Positions 9,779 through 19,326 of a stretch of 64,000 nt of DNA are shown piece by piece. Location: the NCBI GenBank assembly GCA_013329055.1, contig DUKY01000015.1:2339-66338 (forward strand). The letters are read 5' to 3'. The stretch's first letter is position 1. The number at the start of each line of letters is the position of its first letter. A model generated the notes under the pieces. It made no database searches, had not been told where the DNA came from, and saw nothing but the letters and a program-made list of their open reading frames with translations. The position numbers were made by a program, and so were the translations under genes. Source of the DNA: Nanobdellota archaeon (GTDB lineage Archaea; Nanobdellota; Nanobdellia; Pacearchaeales; GW2011-AR1).

Positions 9779-11167
9779 ATGGTTAGTGAAAAATGTAATC
9801 CTTTTGAAGAAGGACAATTAGATTTAATGCTGATTAATCCTAGTCTTGATTTTAAACAAGATAGGAAAATTATTGATTCTCTAAGAGTGAATCAAGAAAT
9901 CCCTAGACAAATGGCTGCACAAATTGGTATAGGGTATTTACTGGCAGCAGCAAAAAAAGAGAATTTGAAAGCAGAATTTATTGATATGGTTGCTTATGAA
10001 ACTTCTGTAAATAGTCTTTTGGATTATATCGATGAAAAAAAACCTTCTGTGGTTGGTTTAAGTGCTTTTACAGTACAAGTCAAATCTGCCGGAAATATTG
10101 CGGATAAAATAAAAGATAGATTCCCCGAGATTAAAATCGGTTTAGGTGGTCCCCATGCTACTGCTATGCCTAAAGAAACTTTAGATGAATTCAAAGGCTT
10201 TGATTTTGTCGTGTGTGGTGAAGGAGAAAAAATTATTCCTCAGTTATTAAATTCTAAATTATCTGAAATTAAGGGGGTTATTACCAGAGGAAAAAAAGAC
10301 CTTTCTTATGACCGAATTCAGAATCTTGATGAACTTGCTTTTCCCGCTTGGGAAAAATTTGACCTCTCAAGATATCCTGGTGCTGATCCTCATGGTACAA
10401 ATCAAGAATTGCTTTTAAGTACAAGCAGGGGTTGTGCAAATAATTGTGTTTTTTGTGCTCGTCCTTATGGAAAAAATAGAATCTATCGTTCAAATGAATC
10501 AATTCTTGGAGAATTAGAGAGAAATATAAAAGATTTTGGATGTGAAGCAGTTAATTTCTGTGACGAAACTTTTACTGCAAATATTGAATATAGTTCTGAA
10601 CTTTTTAATGAATTCATTAAAAGAGGATTAAATAAAAAAATTCGATGGAGTTGTGAAACAAGAGTTGATACCGCAACACCTGAACTTTTTAAATTAATGA
10701 AAACTGCTGGATGTTATTATATCTTTTTTGGTTTTGAAAGTGGAGATGATGACATGTTAAAAAAAGCAGGTAAGGGGTTTAATGTTGAAAGAATAAAAAA
10801 ATCTATTGGGTGGGCTAAAGATGCAGATATTGTTTGTGCCGGAAGTTTCATTTTAGGATTGCCTGGAGAAACAGAAGAAACAGCTAGAAAATCTATTGAA
10901 TTAGCAAAAGAATTAGATATTTATTCAACAACATTTCCAATTGCAGTTCCATTTCCTGGAACTGTTATGAGAAAGATGGCAGAGCGTGGACAATCTGGAC
11001 TTAAAATTTTAACTAACAATTGGGATGATTATGGCAAGCAATATCCTGGAGTAATGGAAAGTAATACATTGAGTATTAATCGTCTTAGAGAATTACAAAA
11101 TATTGCTTATACTTATAATCCTAAAAAAGAATTTCCAACGAGTCTTCTAACAAAATTAGGACAATAG
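9779..11167 (+). CDS. B12-binding-domain radical SAM enzyme (rSAM-B)
   Basis: VGLSAFT...GLGGPHAT (B12-like domain), STSRGCANNCVFCARP (CxxxCxxC), GFESGDD. Confidence 0.8.
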   Translation: MVSEKCNPFEEGQLDLMLINPSLDFKQDRKIIDSLRVNQEIPRQMAAQIGIGYLLAAAKKENLKAEFIDMVAYETSVNSLLDYIDEKKPSVVGLSAFTVQVKSAGNIADKIKDRFPEIKIGLGGPHATAMPKETLDEFKGFDFVVCGEGEKIIPQLLNSKLSEIKGVITRGKKDLSYDRIQNLDELAFPAWEKFDLSRYPGADPHGTNQELLLSTSRGCANNCVFCARPYGKNRIYRSNESILGELERNIKDFGCEAVNFCDETFTANIEYSSELFNEFIKRGLNKKIRWSCETRVDTATPELFKLMKTAGCYYIFFGFESGDDDMLKKAGKGFNVERIKKSIGWAKDADIVCAGSFILGLPGETEETARKSIELAKELDIYSTTFPIAVPFPGTVMRKMAERGQSGLKILTNNWDDYGKQYPGVMESNTLSINRLRELQNIAYTYNPKKEFPTSLLTKLGQ

Positions 11168-11186
11168 ATTAAAAATTTTAATTAAA

Positions 11187-12137
11187 TTAACTTTTTATAT
11201 TCTCCTTATACCAATAAATTGTTTTTTGAATCCCCTCCTCCAAAGAAACTTGTGGTTCCCATCCAAAATTTTCTTTTGCTTTAGAACAATCAAGAGCTAA
11301 TTTTGTTTTAATTGTAGGTTTTGTGGAGTCATATTCTATCCCTAAATTTTTCCCGGAAATATCAATAATTTTTTTAACAAGATCACTTACTGAAATAGAT
11401 TTACCTAAACCAACATTAACCAATTCATACGGTGTTTGTTGTTTATCAATAGCTTTAGAGATAAAATCTACCATATCCAATACATATAATAAATCTCTTT
11501 CTTCTTCTCCGGTTCCCCAGACATTAATTTTATTTCCTTCCTTTGCCTGCATAACTTTTGTAATTGTAGCTCCAAAAACATGAGATTTTTCTAAATCAAA
11601 TCTATCATATGGTCCGTAAAGATTTGAATGTCTCATTGCAGTAAATTTAGTCTCTCCAAAATTTGAAAATAATTTGCACATATCTTCTAAATAAACTTTC
11701 ATTTTTCCGCAAGCAAGATATTTTTCGGGGATTTTTTCATGAGAAAATGAATCTTCTTTTACAGGGATATCACTTGAACCATACATTGTTGTACAGCTAG
11801 GGAAAATAACATGCGAAACTCCTTGTTCAAAAGCTTCTCTAAATATCAATGTATTCATAATAACATTTTCAGTTGTATGCACGTAAGGTCTATCAATTAT
11901 ATCTTTGGAACCAGTACAATAAGCAGCTGCCTGAATAATTATATCTTTTCCTTTAATAATTCTATTAACATCTTCTTTTTTTGTTAAATCTGCTTCAAGA
12001 AAATTTATTTTTGAATTGTTATAAGGCATTGATTTAAAATAAGTTCCAAAAACTTCATAACTCTCTTTATCGGAAAAATATTCTGCAACATTTCTCCCAA
12101 TAAATCCTGTTGCTCCACAAATTAAAATTTTTTTCAT
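11187..12137 (-). CDS. NAD-dependent sugar epimerase/dehydratase (extended SDR), paralog 1
   Basis: ILICGATGFIGRNVA Rossmann motif. 316 aa. Close paralog of 12825-13778. Confidence 0.75.
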   Translation of the reverse strand: MKKILICGATGFIGRNVAEYFSDKESYEVFGTYFKSMPYNNSKINFLEADLTKKEDVNRIIKGKDIIIQAAAYCTGSKDIIDRPYVHTTENVIMNTLIFREAFEQGVSHVIFPSCTTMYGSSDIPVKEDSFSHEKIPEKYLACGKMKVYLEDMCKLFSNFGETKFTAMRHSNLYGPYDRFDLEKSHVFGATITKVMQAKEGNKINVWGTGEEERDLLYVLDMVDFISKAIDKQQTPYELVNVGLGKSISVSDLVKKIIDISGKNLGIEYDSTKPTIKTKLALDCSKAKENFGWEPQVSLEEGIQKTIYWYKENIKS

Positions 12138-12150
12138 TTTTTAAATCTCA

Positions 12151-12828
12151 TTATTTTTTAAATTCTTTTGGTCGACCATCAATAATTATGTCCTCAATAT
12201 TTTTTGTATTATAATGTGTATAAATTTTTTTTGCTAATTCTTTTGGGTCTAAACCATATGTGAATTCTGGTCTTGTTTTTATTCTGGTAGGATATACTCC
12301 AATAACATATATTCCATTCTCTTTTGCTTCTAACTTAAGTGTATCTGTAAAACCTTTTAATCCCCATTTATTAGCACAATGAATTGTTCTAAATTTTTGA
12401 TTAGTAATTCCAGAAAAAGAATTAATATTTATAATCGTCCCTTCATTTTTTTTTAAAAAATGTTCATAAATCCTTTGAGTAATTTGAATGGGTGAAATAA
12501 GATTAATTATAATTGATTCATAAGTTTGTTCAGGAGTTCTTTGATTTAATGGTAAACCAGGGCATGGGGTTCCAGCATTATTAATAAGCACAGAAATATC
12601 TTTTCTTTTGGCTTCGCTATATAATGCCTTTATTGTTTCAGGATATTTTAAATCCCCTCGAACAACAATTCCTTCAACTCCATATTTAGAAACTTCTTCT
12701 TGGACTCTTTGCAAATCTTTTTCATCCCTTCCATGAAGAATAATGTTGTATCCATTTTCCGCAAAGACTAATGCTAGTTCTTTTCCTAATCCTTTACTTG
12801 AGCCAGTTATTAATGCTGTTTCATTCAT
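12151..12828 (-). CDS. Classical short-chain dehydrogenase/reductase, atypical at the active-site Tyr position
   Basis: ALITGSSKGLGKELA (TGxxxGxG), NNAG, NINSFSG. The expected YxxxK position reads HCANK. Confidence 0.7.
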   Translation of the reverse strand: MNETALITGSSKGLGKELALVFAENGYNIILHGRDEKDLQRVQEEVSKYGVEGIVVRGDLKYPETIKALYSEAKRKDISVLINNAGTPCPGLPLNQRTPEQTYESIIINLISPIQITQRIYEHFLKKNEGTIININSFSGITNQKFRTIHCANKWGLKGFTDTLKLEAKENGIYVIGVYPTRIKTRPEFTYGLDPKELAKKIYTHYNTKNIEDIIIDGRPKEFKK

Positions 12829-13778
12829 TTTATATTTTCCTTATACCAATCAATTGTTTTTTGAATCCCCTCATCCAAAGAAACTTTTGATTCCCATCCA
12901 AAAACTTCTTTTGCTTTAGAACAATCAAGGGCCAATTTTGTTTTTATTGTCGGTTTTGTTGTATCGTATTCTATTTCTAAATTTTTTCCTGAAATATCAA
13001 TAATCTTTTTAACAAGATCACTTACTGAAGTAGATTTACCTAAACCAACATTAACTAATTCATACGCTGTTTGTTGTTTTTCAATTGCAGTTTCAATAAA
13101 TTTTACAAGGTCATCGATATAAAGTAAATCCCTTTCTTCTTCTCCTGTTCCCCAAACTTTAATCTTGCTTCCGTCTGGTGCTTGCATAACTTTAGTAATT
13201 GTAGCTCCAAAAACATGTGATTTTTCTAAATCATATTTGTCATATGGACCATAGATATTGGAATGTCTGAATACTGTATGTTTTGTTTTTCCCAATCTTG
13301 AAAAAAATTCACAAGCCTTTTCTAAACTAACTTTCATCCATGCAGCACCAAAATATTTATCTTCAACTTCTCCTGTAAAATCTGTCTCTTTTAATGGTGC
13401 ATCGTTCCATGGAGGATACATAACTGTACAACTTGGAAATATAAAGTTTTCAACAGAATTTTCAAATGCAGACCTCAATAATAAATGATTTGTGATAGCA
13501 TTATCTGTGACATGTATGTAAGGTTTACTAATTATATCTTTTGCTCCTGATGTTGTTGCGGACATTTGAATAACTATGTCTTTTCCTTTAACAACTCTAT
13601 CAACATCTTCTTTTTTTGTTAAATCGGCTTTAAGAAAATTTATCTTTGAATTGTCATAAGGTATTGATTTAAAATAAGTTCCAAAAACTTCATAATTCTT
13701 TTTATCCGAAAAATATTCTGCAACATTTCTTCCGATAAATCCTGTTGCTCCGCAAACTAATATCTTTTTTTTATTCAT
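12825..13778 (-). CDS. NAD-dependent sugar epimerase/dehydratase (extended SDR), paralog 2
   Basis: ILVCGATGFIGRNVA. The N- and C-terminal thirds are nearly identical to 11187-12137, while the middle is diverged. Confidence 0.75.
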   Translation of the reverse strand: MNKKKILVCGATGFIGRNVAEYFSDKKNYEVFGTYFKSIPYDNSKINFLKADLTKKEDVDRVVKGKDIVIQMSATTSGAKDIISKPYIHVTDNAITNHLLLRSAFENSVENFIFPSCTVMYPPWNDAPLKETDFTGEVEDKYFGAAWMKVSLEKACEFFSRLGKTKHTVFRHSNIYGPYDKYDLEKSHVFGATITKVMQAPDGSKIKVWGTGEEERDLLYIDDLVKFIETAIEKQQTAYELVNVGLGKSTSVSDLVKKIIDISGKNLEIEYDTTKPTIKTKLALDCSKAKEVFGWESKVSLDEGIQKTIDWYKENIK

Positions 13779-14770
13779 TTTGTTTTAAATACATCATACC
13801 TTTTATTAATAATCTCTTTGTTCTCTTTATACCACTCCATAGTTTCTTTTATCCCTTCTTCTAAAGAAATTTTGGGTTTCCATCCAATTAATTCTTCTGC
13901 TCTGGAAATATCAAAAATTCTTTTTTTGTCTCCAGACGGTTTATCTATTAACCATTTAATTTCTGGTTTTTGATCAAGATTGCTAACTATTGTTTCTACT
14001 AAATGTTTAATAGTATATCCACTTCCACTTCCAAGATTCATTGGTTTAAATGGTCCTGGGCAATTTTCAACTGCCATAAGCATCCCTCTTGCAACATCTT
14101 TTGCATGAATAAAATCTCTAAGTGGACTTCCATCTCCCCAAACTTCAAAAGGATTGTGCCCTTGCATTGCTCTATGAATCAATGAAGGAACAACCATTGA
14201 ACTTTCTGGATCAAAATTATCATAAGCCCCATAAACATTTGCTGGTCTTACAATTGCAATTTTATCCCATCCATACTCTTTTGCATATGTTTCAGCTTGA
14301 AGTTCACCAACTCTTTTTGCCCATCCGCCATACCAATCATTTTTCGATGGAAATGTATCCCAAACATCATCTTCTTTAAAAACTTCTGCAGGAGAATATA
14401 CACCGATTGTACTTGTATAAAGAAATCTTTCAACACCTTCTTTGTGTGCTGCTTCCATCATATTAGTATTAAATCTTAAAAAATTAACCATTATTGTCGA
14501 CGGTCTTTCTTGAACTGTTTTTGGAGAACATTTTATACCAATTAAACTAAAAACAAAATCCATACCTTTACAAGCTTTTGCACAATTTTCATATTCTCTT
14601 AAATCATATTGCATAAATTCTGTATTTGGGTGAACTCTTGATTTATCACATAAATCTGCAACCCTAACATTTGATCCCCTATTAACTAAATCTTCAACAA
14701 CACATTTTCCAATCATTCCTGCTCCCCCTGTAACTAAGACATTTTTATTTTTGTAAAAATTATTATCCAT
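13775..14770 (-). CDS. NAD-dependent sugar epimerase/dehydratase/reductase. Start moved to MDNNFYK.
   Basis: VLVTGGAGMIGKCVV. The ATG at 14770 lies 1 nt after the stop of the upstream aminotransferase, so the longer track ORF would overlap it by 41 nt. Confidence 0.7.
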   Translation of the reverse strand: MDNNFYKNKNVLVTGGAGMIGKCVVEDLVNRGSNVRVADLCDKSRVHPNTEFMQYDLREYENCAKACKGMDFVFSLIGIKCSPKTVQERPSTIMVNFLRFNTNMMEAAHKEGVERFLYTSTIGVYSPAEVFKEDDVWDTFPSKNDWYGGWAKRVGELQAETYAKEYGWDKIAIVRPANVYGAYDNFDPESSMVVPSLIHRAMQGHNPFEVWGDGSPLRDFIHAKDVARGMLMAVENCPGPFKPMNLGSGSGYTIKHLVETIVSNLDQKPEIKWLIDKPSGDKKRIFDISRAEELIGWKPKISLEEGIKETMEWYKENKEIINKRYDVFKTK

Positions 14771-14771
14771 T

Positions 14772-15917
14772 TTATTCTCCCCCAAAATATTCATGCAACT
14801 TTTTAGAAGCATAATCTAAATCTTTTTTTGTTAAAAATTGATGAATACCAAAATGAAGTCCATTATCTCCGATATATTCTGCTTCGGGAAATTCACCTTT
14901 TTTATACCCTAAATATTCAAAAGCTCCATGTTGTGTTGGCATGCTTCCAAAATTTCTTTTGCATTGTATCCCTTTTGATTCTAAAAACTCATATAATTTT
15001 GCATAGTTGTGTTTTGGATCTTTAAGGGTGATGCTAAAAGCATGAGGAGAAACAACTTCATGAGGTTCTTCTTGAACAAAATATGCAACATCTTCTAAAT
15101 CTTTTGTTGCTTGAGTTAAATAAATTAAATTATCTTTTCTTTTTTCAAAAATTTCCCAAAAGTTTTGAATTTCCGGAATACCTATTGAAGCAGTTAAATC
15201 ATTCATTCTGAAATTAAGACCATACCTTAAATGATCAAAATAAAGTGAACCTGGTTTTCTTCCGTGATGTTTTACTGAATCTGTGATATCTCGAATTTGT
15301 TTTGAATTTGTAGAAAGCATTCCCCCGTCCCCACATGAAACAATATGTGCAACATAATAACTAAATGCAGCAGCATCTCCAAATGTCCCTAAAAATTTAT
15401 CTTTATATTTTCCCCCATGAGATTCACAGCAATCTTCAATAATTCTTAAACCATATTGCTGTGCGATATTAGTAATTTTATCCATCTCACAAGGTTTTCC
15501 CATGGTATGAACTGCCATTATTGCTCTTGTCTTTGGAGTTATTTTTTCTTCGATCAAATCAGTATTAATATTCATAGTATCTCTTTTAACATCTACAAAT
15601 TTTGGTGTAAACCCTGCAGCTCTAATACTATTTCCAACTGCTGCAAATGCAAGTGCCGGAGCAATAACTTCATCTCCTGGAAGTACTTTATCATAATTCC
15701 CCTTTGAAGCAGTGTCATATAATGTCATTAATGCCGCCATATCTGCCGCAGTTCCGGAACTCATTGCAATATTATATTTGTAACCAAATAATTTACCCCA
15801 TGATTCTTCTAATAATTTAACTTTTTCCCCCCCGGAAACTTTACTAGTCTTAACACAATCCTCCAAATATTTTTTTGCTTCTTTACTTACTTTTAAATTT
15901 CCAAATGCAATTCTCAT
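14772..15917 (-). CDS. DegT/DnrJ/EryC1/StrS-family PLP-dependent sugar aminotransferase
   Basis: Fold-type I pattern (SSGTAADMAALM, IEDCCESHG, FSYYVAHIVSCGDGGM). About 380 aa. Confidence 0.75.
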   Translation of the reverse strand: MRIAFGNLKVSKEAKKYLEDCVKTSKVSGGEKVKLLEESWGKLFGYKYNIAMSSGTAADMAALMTLYDTASKGNYDKVLPGDEVIAPALAFAAVGNSIRAAGFTPKFVDVKRDTMNINTDLIEEKITPKTRAIMAVHTMGKPCEMDKITNIAQQYGLRIIEDCCESHGGKYKDKFLGTFGDAAAFSYYVAHIVSCGDGGMLSTNSKQIRDITDSVKHHGRKPGSLYFDHLRYGLNFRMNDLTASIGIPEIQNFWEIFEKRKDNLIYLTQATKDLEDVAYFVQEEPHEVVSPHAFSITLKDPKHNYAKLYEFLESKGIQCKRNFGSMPTQHGAFEYLGYKKGEFPEAEYIGDNGLHFGIHQFLTKKDLDYASKKLHEYFGGE

Positions 15918-16025
15918 GTGAATGAATATTATAAATCATTTATAAATTTAATTATAATTAAATTGTTTATTATTTAGTAACTACAGAATCTAAAATTATT
16001 TAAATAAATATTTCATTTTTTTAAA

Positions 16026-16907
16026 ATGGAAGAATATAATTTATTAAAAAAAGATTTTTTTGGAAAAGAACAAAAAATTAATATTTATAAAAAAATTTAT
16101 GAAATAAGAGAATTTGAAAAACAAGCTAAAAAATCTTTTGATGTAGATTCAATTAAATGCCCCATTTATCTTTCAATAGGTCAGGAATCAATCTCAGCAA
16201 CTATTTCAGAATTCTTTAAACCAGATTATATCTTTACTCAACATAGGGGGCATTCAGTATATATTGCCTTTGGAGGTAACAAAGATAAATTAATTGATGA
16301 ACTTCTTGGAAAGGATATTGGGTGCAATAAAGGTAAAGGAGGTTCCCCCGGAATACAGGATTTAAATATTGGAATGATTGGACATCATGGGCTTATTGGA
16401 GAAAATGTCCCTCTTGCAGTCGGTGCAGCATTAGGGGCACCAGAAAAAAAAATTCTATGTGTATTTGGAGATGGTGCTGTAGAAGAAGATTATATCTTTT
16501 CTTCAATTACTTTTGCATTTACTCATAAATTACCAATATTATTTATCTGTGAAGATAATAATTTATCAATACTAACAAAAAAAGCAGAAAGAAGAAGTTG
16601 GGAAATAACTGATGCATTAAAAGGTATTGGTATGCCTGTAGCAGATATTCTTGATGATCCAAAATTAATCGCTCAAAAGGTAAATGAATTTAAAAATAAT
16701 TTGCCTGCATTTATCAATTGCAGGACTTGCAGACATTTATGGCATGTTGGAACCGGACAAGATGAAATACCTTCAATAGATCGGTTAAAAGAATTTAAAA
16801 ATTCATTATTAAATGAGGGAATTGATTTAAATGAATTAACTAAAATTGAAGAAAAAATTAAATTGGAGAATGAAGAATTATGGAAAAAACACTTGCCGAA
16901 ACAATAA
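16026..16907 (+). CDS. TPP-dependent 2-oxoacid dehydrogenase E1 alpha-like subunit
   Basis: TPP-binding motif VFGDGAVEEDY...ICEDNNLSI (GDG-x24-NN). E1-alpha-like length. Confidence 0.7.
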   Translation: MEEYNLLKKDFFGKEQKINIYKKIYEIREFEKQAKKSFDVDSIKCPIYLSIGQESISATISEFFKPDYIFTQHRGHSVYIAFGGNKDKLIDELLGKDIGCNKGKGGSPGIQDLNIGMIGHHGLIGENVPLAVGAALGAPEKKILCVFGDGAVEEDYIFSSITFAFTHKLPILFICEDNNLSILTKKAERRSWEITDALKGIGMPVADILDDPKLIAQKVNEFKNNLPAFINCRTCRHLWHVGTGQDEIPSIDRLKEFKNSLLNEGIDLNELTKIEEKIKLENEELWKKHLPKQ

Positions 16908-17788
16908 AAGAAATAACTAAGAATCATCTTGAATTGAATAATGGATTGATTTTAGGGCAATGTTTGAGTGCAGTTGGATGGGTAAATAATACTGTGCCGG
17001 ATACAAAAAATCTCGTTGAACTTCCAATGACCGATGTTGCAGGGGGAGGAATTGCTGCAGGAGCTGCAATTGTTGGAAGAAGACCAATTTTCGTAGTTCG
17101 GTTTCAAGATTTTATGTATTTAAATTCAAGCATGCTCATTAATTATGCTGCTAAAGCAAAAGAATTATTTGGTATTTCTGCACCGGTTTTTATTAGAGCT
17201 TTAGCTACAGAAAAAAAGGGTACAGGTCCAACACATTCCGGGATAATTCATAGCATGTTTATGTATGCTCCTGGTTTTAGAGTTTGTGCACCAATGACTC
17301 CGGGGGAATATAGAGAGATTTGGAAGGATTTTATGGAACATGATAGTCCAATGTTTGTAAGTGAACATCGGCATAGTTTTAATCAAATAGATGAAATTAA
17401 AGATATAATTTTACCCGATTCTCAAATAACTATTTATGGTATTGGTTATGCCAGATTTAATGTTTTAAAAGCCTTAGAAATTTTAACTCGACAAGGAATA
17501 AAATGCAATTTTATAAATCTTCTTTGGTTAAAACCATTAAAATTAACTCATGAAAAAATTGAATCTTTAACAAAAACCAAAATTGGTTTAGTAGTAGATT
17601 CTGGTTTTGAAATTGCCGGTGCTTCTCAATCCATTGCTTATGAATTGATGAAAAAAACAAAAATTTATGTGGAAGCATTAGGTGCAGAAGATAAACCTGT
17701 TGGAACTGCAGAAAGATATGAGAATGGTACCCCAAGTGTAGAAAAAATTGTAAATAAAGTAAAAGAATTAATTAAACTTAAAGATTAA
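16880..17788 (+). CDS. TPP-dependent E1 beta-like subunit (transketolase pyrimidine-binding plus C-terminal domains)
   Basis: PMTDVAGGGIAAGAAIVGRRPIFVVRFQDFMY and the C-terminal transketolase_C-like region. Overlaps the alpha gene by 28 nt. Confidence 0.7.
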   Translation: MEKTLAETIKEITKNHLELNNGLILGQCLSAVGWVNNTVPDTKNLVELPMTDVAGGGIAAGAAIVGRRPIFVVRFQDFMYLNSSMLINYAAKAKELFGISAPVFIRALATEKKGTGPTHSGIIHSMFMYAPGFRVCAPMTPGEYREIWKDFMEHDSPMFVSEHRHSFNQIDEIKDIILPDSQITIYGIGYARFNVLKALEILTRQGIKCNFINLLWLKPLKLTHEKIESLTKTKIGLVVDSGFEIAGASQSIAYELMKKTKIYVEALGAEDKPVGTAERYENGTPSVEKIVNKVKELIKLKD

Positions 17789-18276
17789 TTTTCTTTTAAT
17801 TCAAAATAATCTTTAAGTATTTTCCAAGTTTCAATAAAAAATTTTTCTTCGATTAATTCTTCTTTTAGAAATATCTTTCCTCGTTTTCCTTCTTTAATCG
17901 GAAATTTAATTACTTCTTCAAATTCTTTTTCTGAAAGAATAGCTTCAAAAATAAAATGTTTGCATTTTTTCCCAAAAATATTAATAAATTCATTAAGGAA
18001 TACCTCTTTACTCTTCTCTAAGATAATCTTTGCAACAGGGGGTTCTAATTCTTCATCCAATTCTCTTTTTAATGTATCATAAGCATTTTCTTCTTTTTCT
18101 CTTCCCCCTCCAAAAAAACAGTATTTAAGATGATATTCTGGAATCCAGTAAGTTTCATCTTTTTGTTGAAAATAAAACTTACTTCTTTCTTTGTTTGCAA
18201 TGACCAATCCAACTCCTGTAAACATTTTTTCTCCTTTGGTATTGAAAATATAACAATCTTTAAAAAAGTAATTCAA
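17785..18276 (-). CDS. NUDIX hydrolase
   Basis: Nudix box GGGREKEENAYDTLKRELDEELE. The true start may be the internal Met at 18225. Confidence 0.7.
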   Translation of the reverse strand: MNYFFKDCYIFNTKGEKMFTGVGLVIANKERSKFYFQQKDETYWIPEYHLKYCFFGGGREKEENAYDTLKRELDEELEPPVAKIILEKSKEVFLNEFINIFGKKCKHFIFEAILSEKEFEEVIKFPIKEGKRGKIFLKEELIEEKFFIETWKILKDYFELKEN

Positions 18277-18287
18277 TATTTAAATAG

Positions 18288-19265
18288 ATGACAAAATCTT
18301 TAATTACAGGAACAACAGGGATGGTCGGTTCTCATTTAGCAGAATTTTTATTAAAAAAAGGTGAAGAAGTTTATGGTACTCGTAGATGGAGAAGCAGAAT
18401 GGATAACTGCAGGGGTTTTGAAGATAAAATTATTTGGGTCAACATGGAATTAATTGATGCACATTCTGTAAGAAATGCCATTGAAAAAATAAAACCGGAT
18501 GTAATTTATCATTTAGCTGCACAAAGTTATGTTGTTGATTCTTTGGATGAACCTACAGCAACAATTGAAATAAACACTTTAGGAACATTACATATTTTAG
18601 AGACAGTTAAAGAAATGAAAAAGCGAGAAGGATACAACCCAATAATTCATGTTTGCAGTAGCAGTGAAGTTTATGGTCAAGTAAAAGAAAACGAAGTTCC
18701 AATTAATGAAAATAATCAATATCGTCCAGCTTCACCTTATGCTATTGGAAAATTAGGTGCAGATATGCTGGCAAGATGGTATTTTGAAGAGTATGGTCTT
18801 AAAACAATTAGAACACGTATGTTTACGCATACTGGTCCACGAAGAGGAGACGTTTTTGTTGTTTCTGCATTTTCAAAACAAATTGCAAAAATTGAAAAAG
18901 GCTTACAAAAACCAATTTTAAAAGTAGGAAATTTAGAATCAGTTAGAACTTTTGCCGATGTAAGAGATACTGTTCAGGCTTATTATTTATTAACAAAACA
19001 TTGTAAACCCGGTGAAGTTTATAATATTGGCGGAAGTCGTACAATGAAAATTGGTGAAATGTTAAAAATTCTTTTAAGTTTTTCACCTTTAAAAGATAAA
19101 ATAAAAATTGAAGTTGACCCTAAATTATTAAGAAAAACTGATGTAACTTATCAAATTCCAGATACAACAAAATTCAAAAAAGAAACTGGATGGGATAGTC
19201 CAATACCTTTAGAAAAAACTTTAGAAGATACTCTTAATTATTGGAGAGAAGAAATTAAAAGATAA
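18288..19265 (+). CDS. NDP-sugar dehydratase/reductase of the GDP-mannose 4,6-dehydratase / Rmd branch
   Basis: LITGTTGMVGSHLAEFLL, SSSEVYG, YAIGKLGAD (YxxxK), HTGPRRG. Confidence 0.65.
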   Translation: MTKSLITGTTGMVGSHLAEFLLKKGEEVYGTRRWRSRMDNCRGFEDKIIWVNMELIDAHSVRNAIEKIKPDVIYHLAAQSYVVDSLDEPTATIEINTLGTLHILETVKEMKKREGYNPIIHVCSSSEVYGQVKENEVPINENNQYRPASPYAIGKLGADMLARWYFEEYGLKTIRTRMFTHTGPRRGDVFVVSAFSKQIAKIEKGLQKPILKVGNLESVRTFADVRDTVQAYYLLTKHCKPGEVYNIGGSRTMKIGEMLKILLSFSPLKDKIKIEVDPKLLRKTDVTYQIPDTTKFKKETGWDSPIPLEKTLEDTLNYWREEIKR

Positions 19266-19326
19266 TTTTAGAGTTTTAAAATCGAATTATAATTAAATTT
19301 ATAAATCAATTCTTCATAAACCTTTT

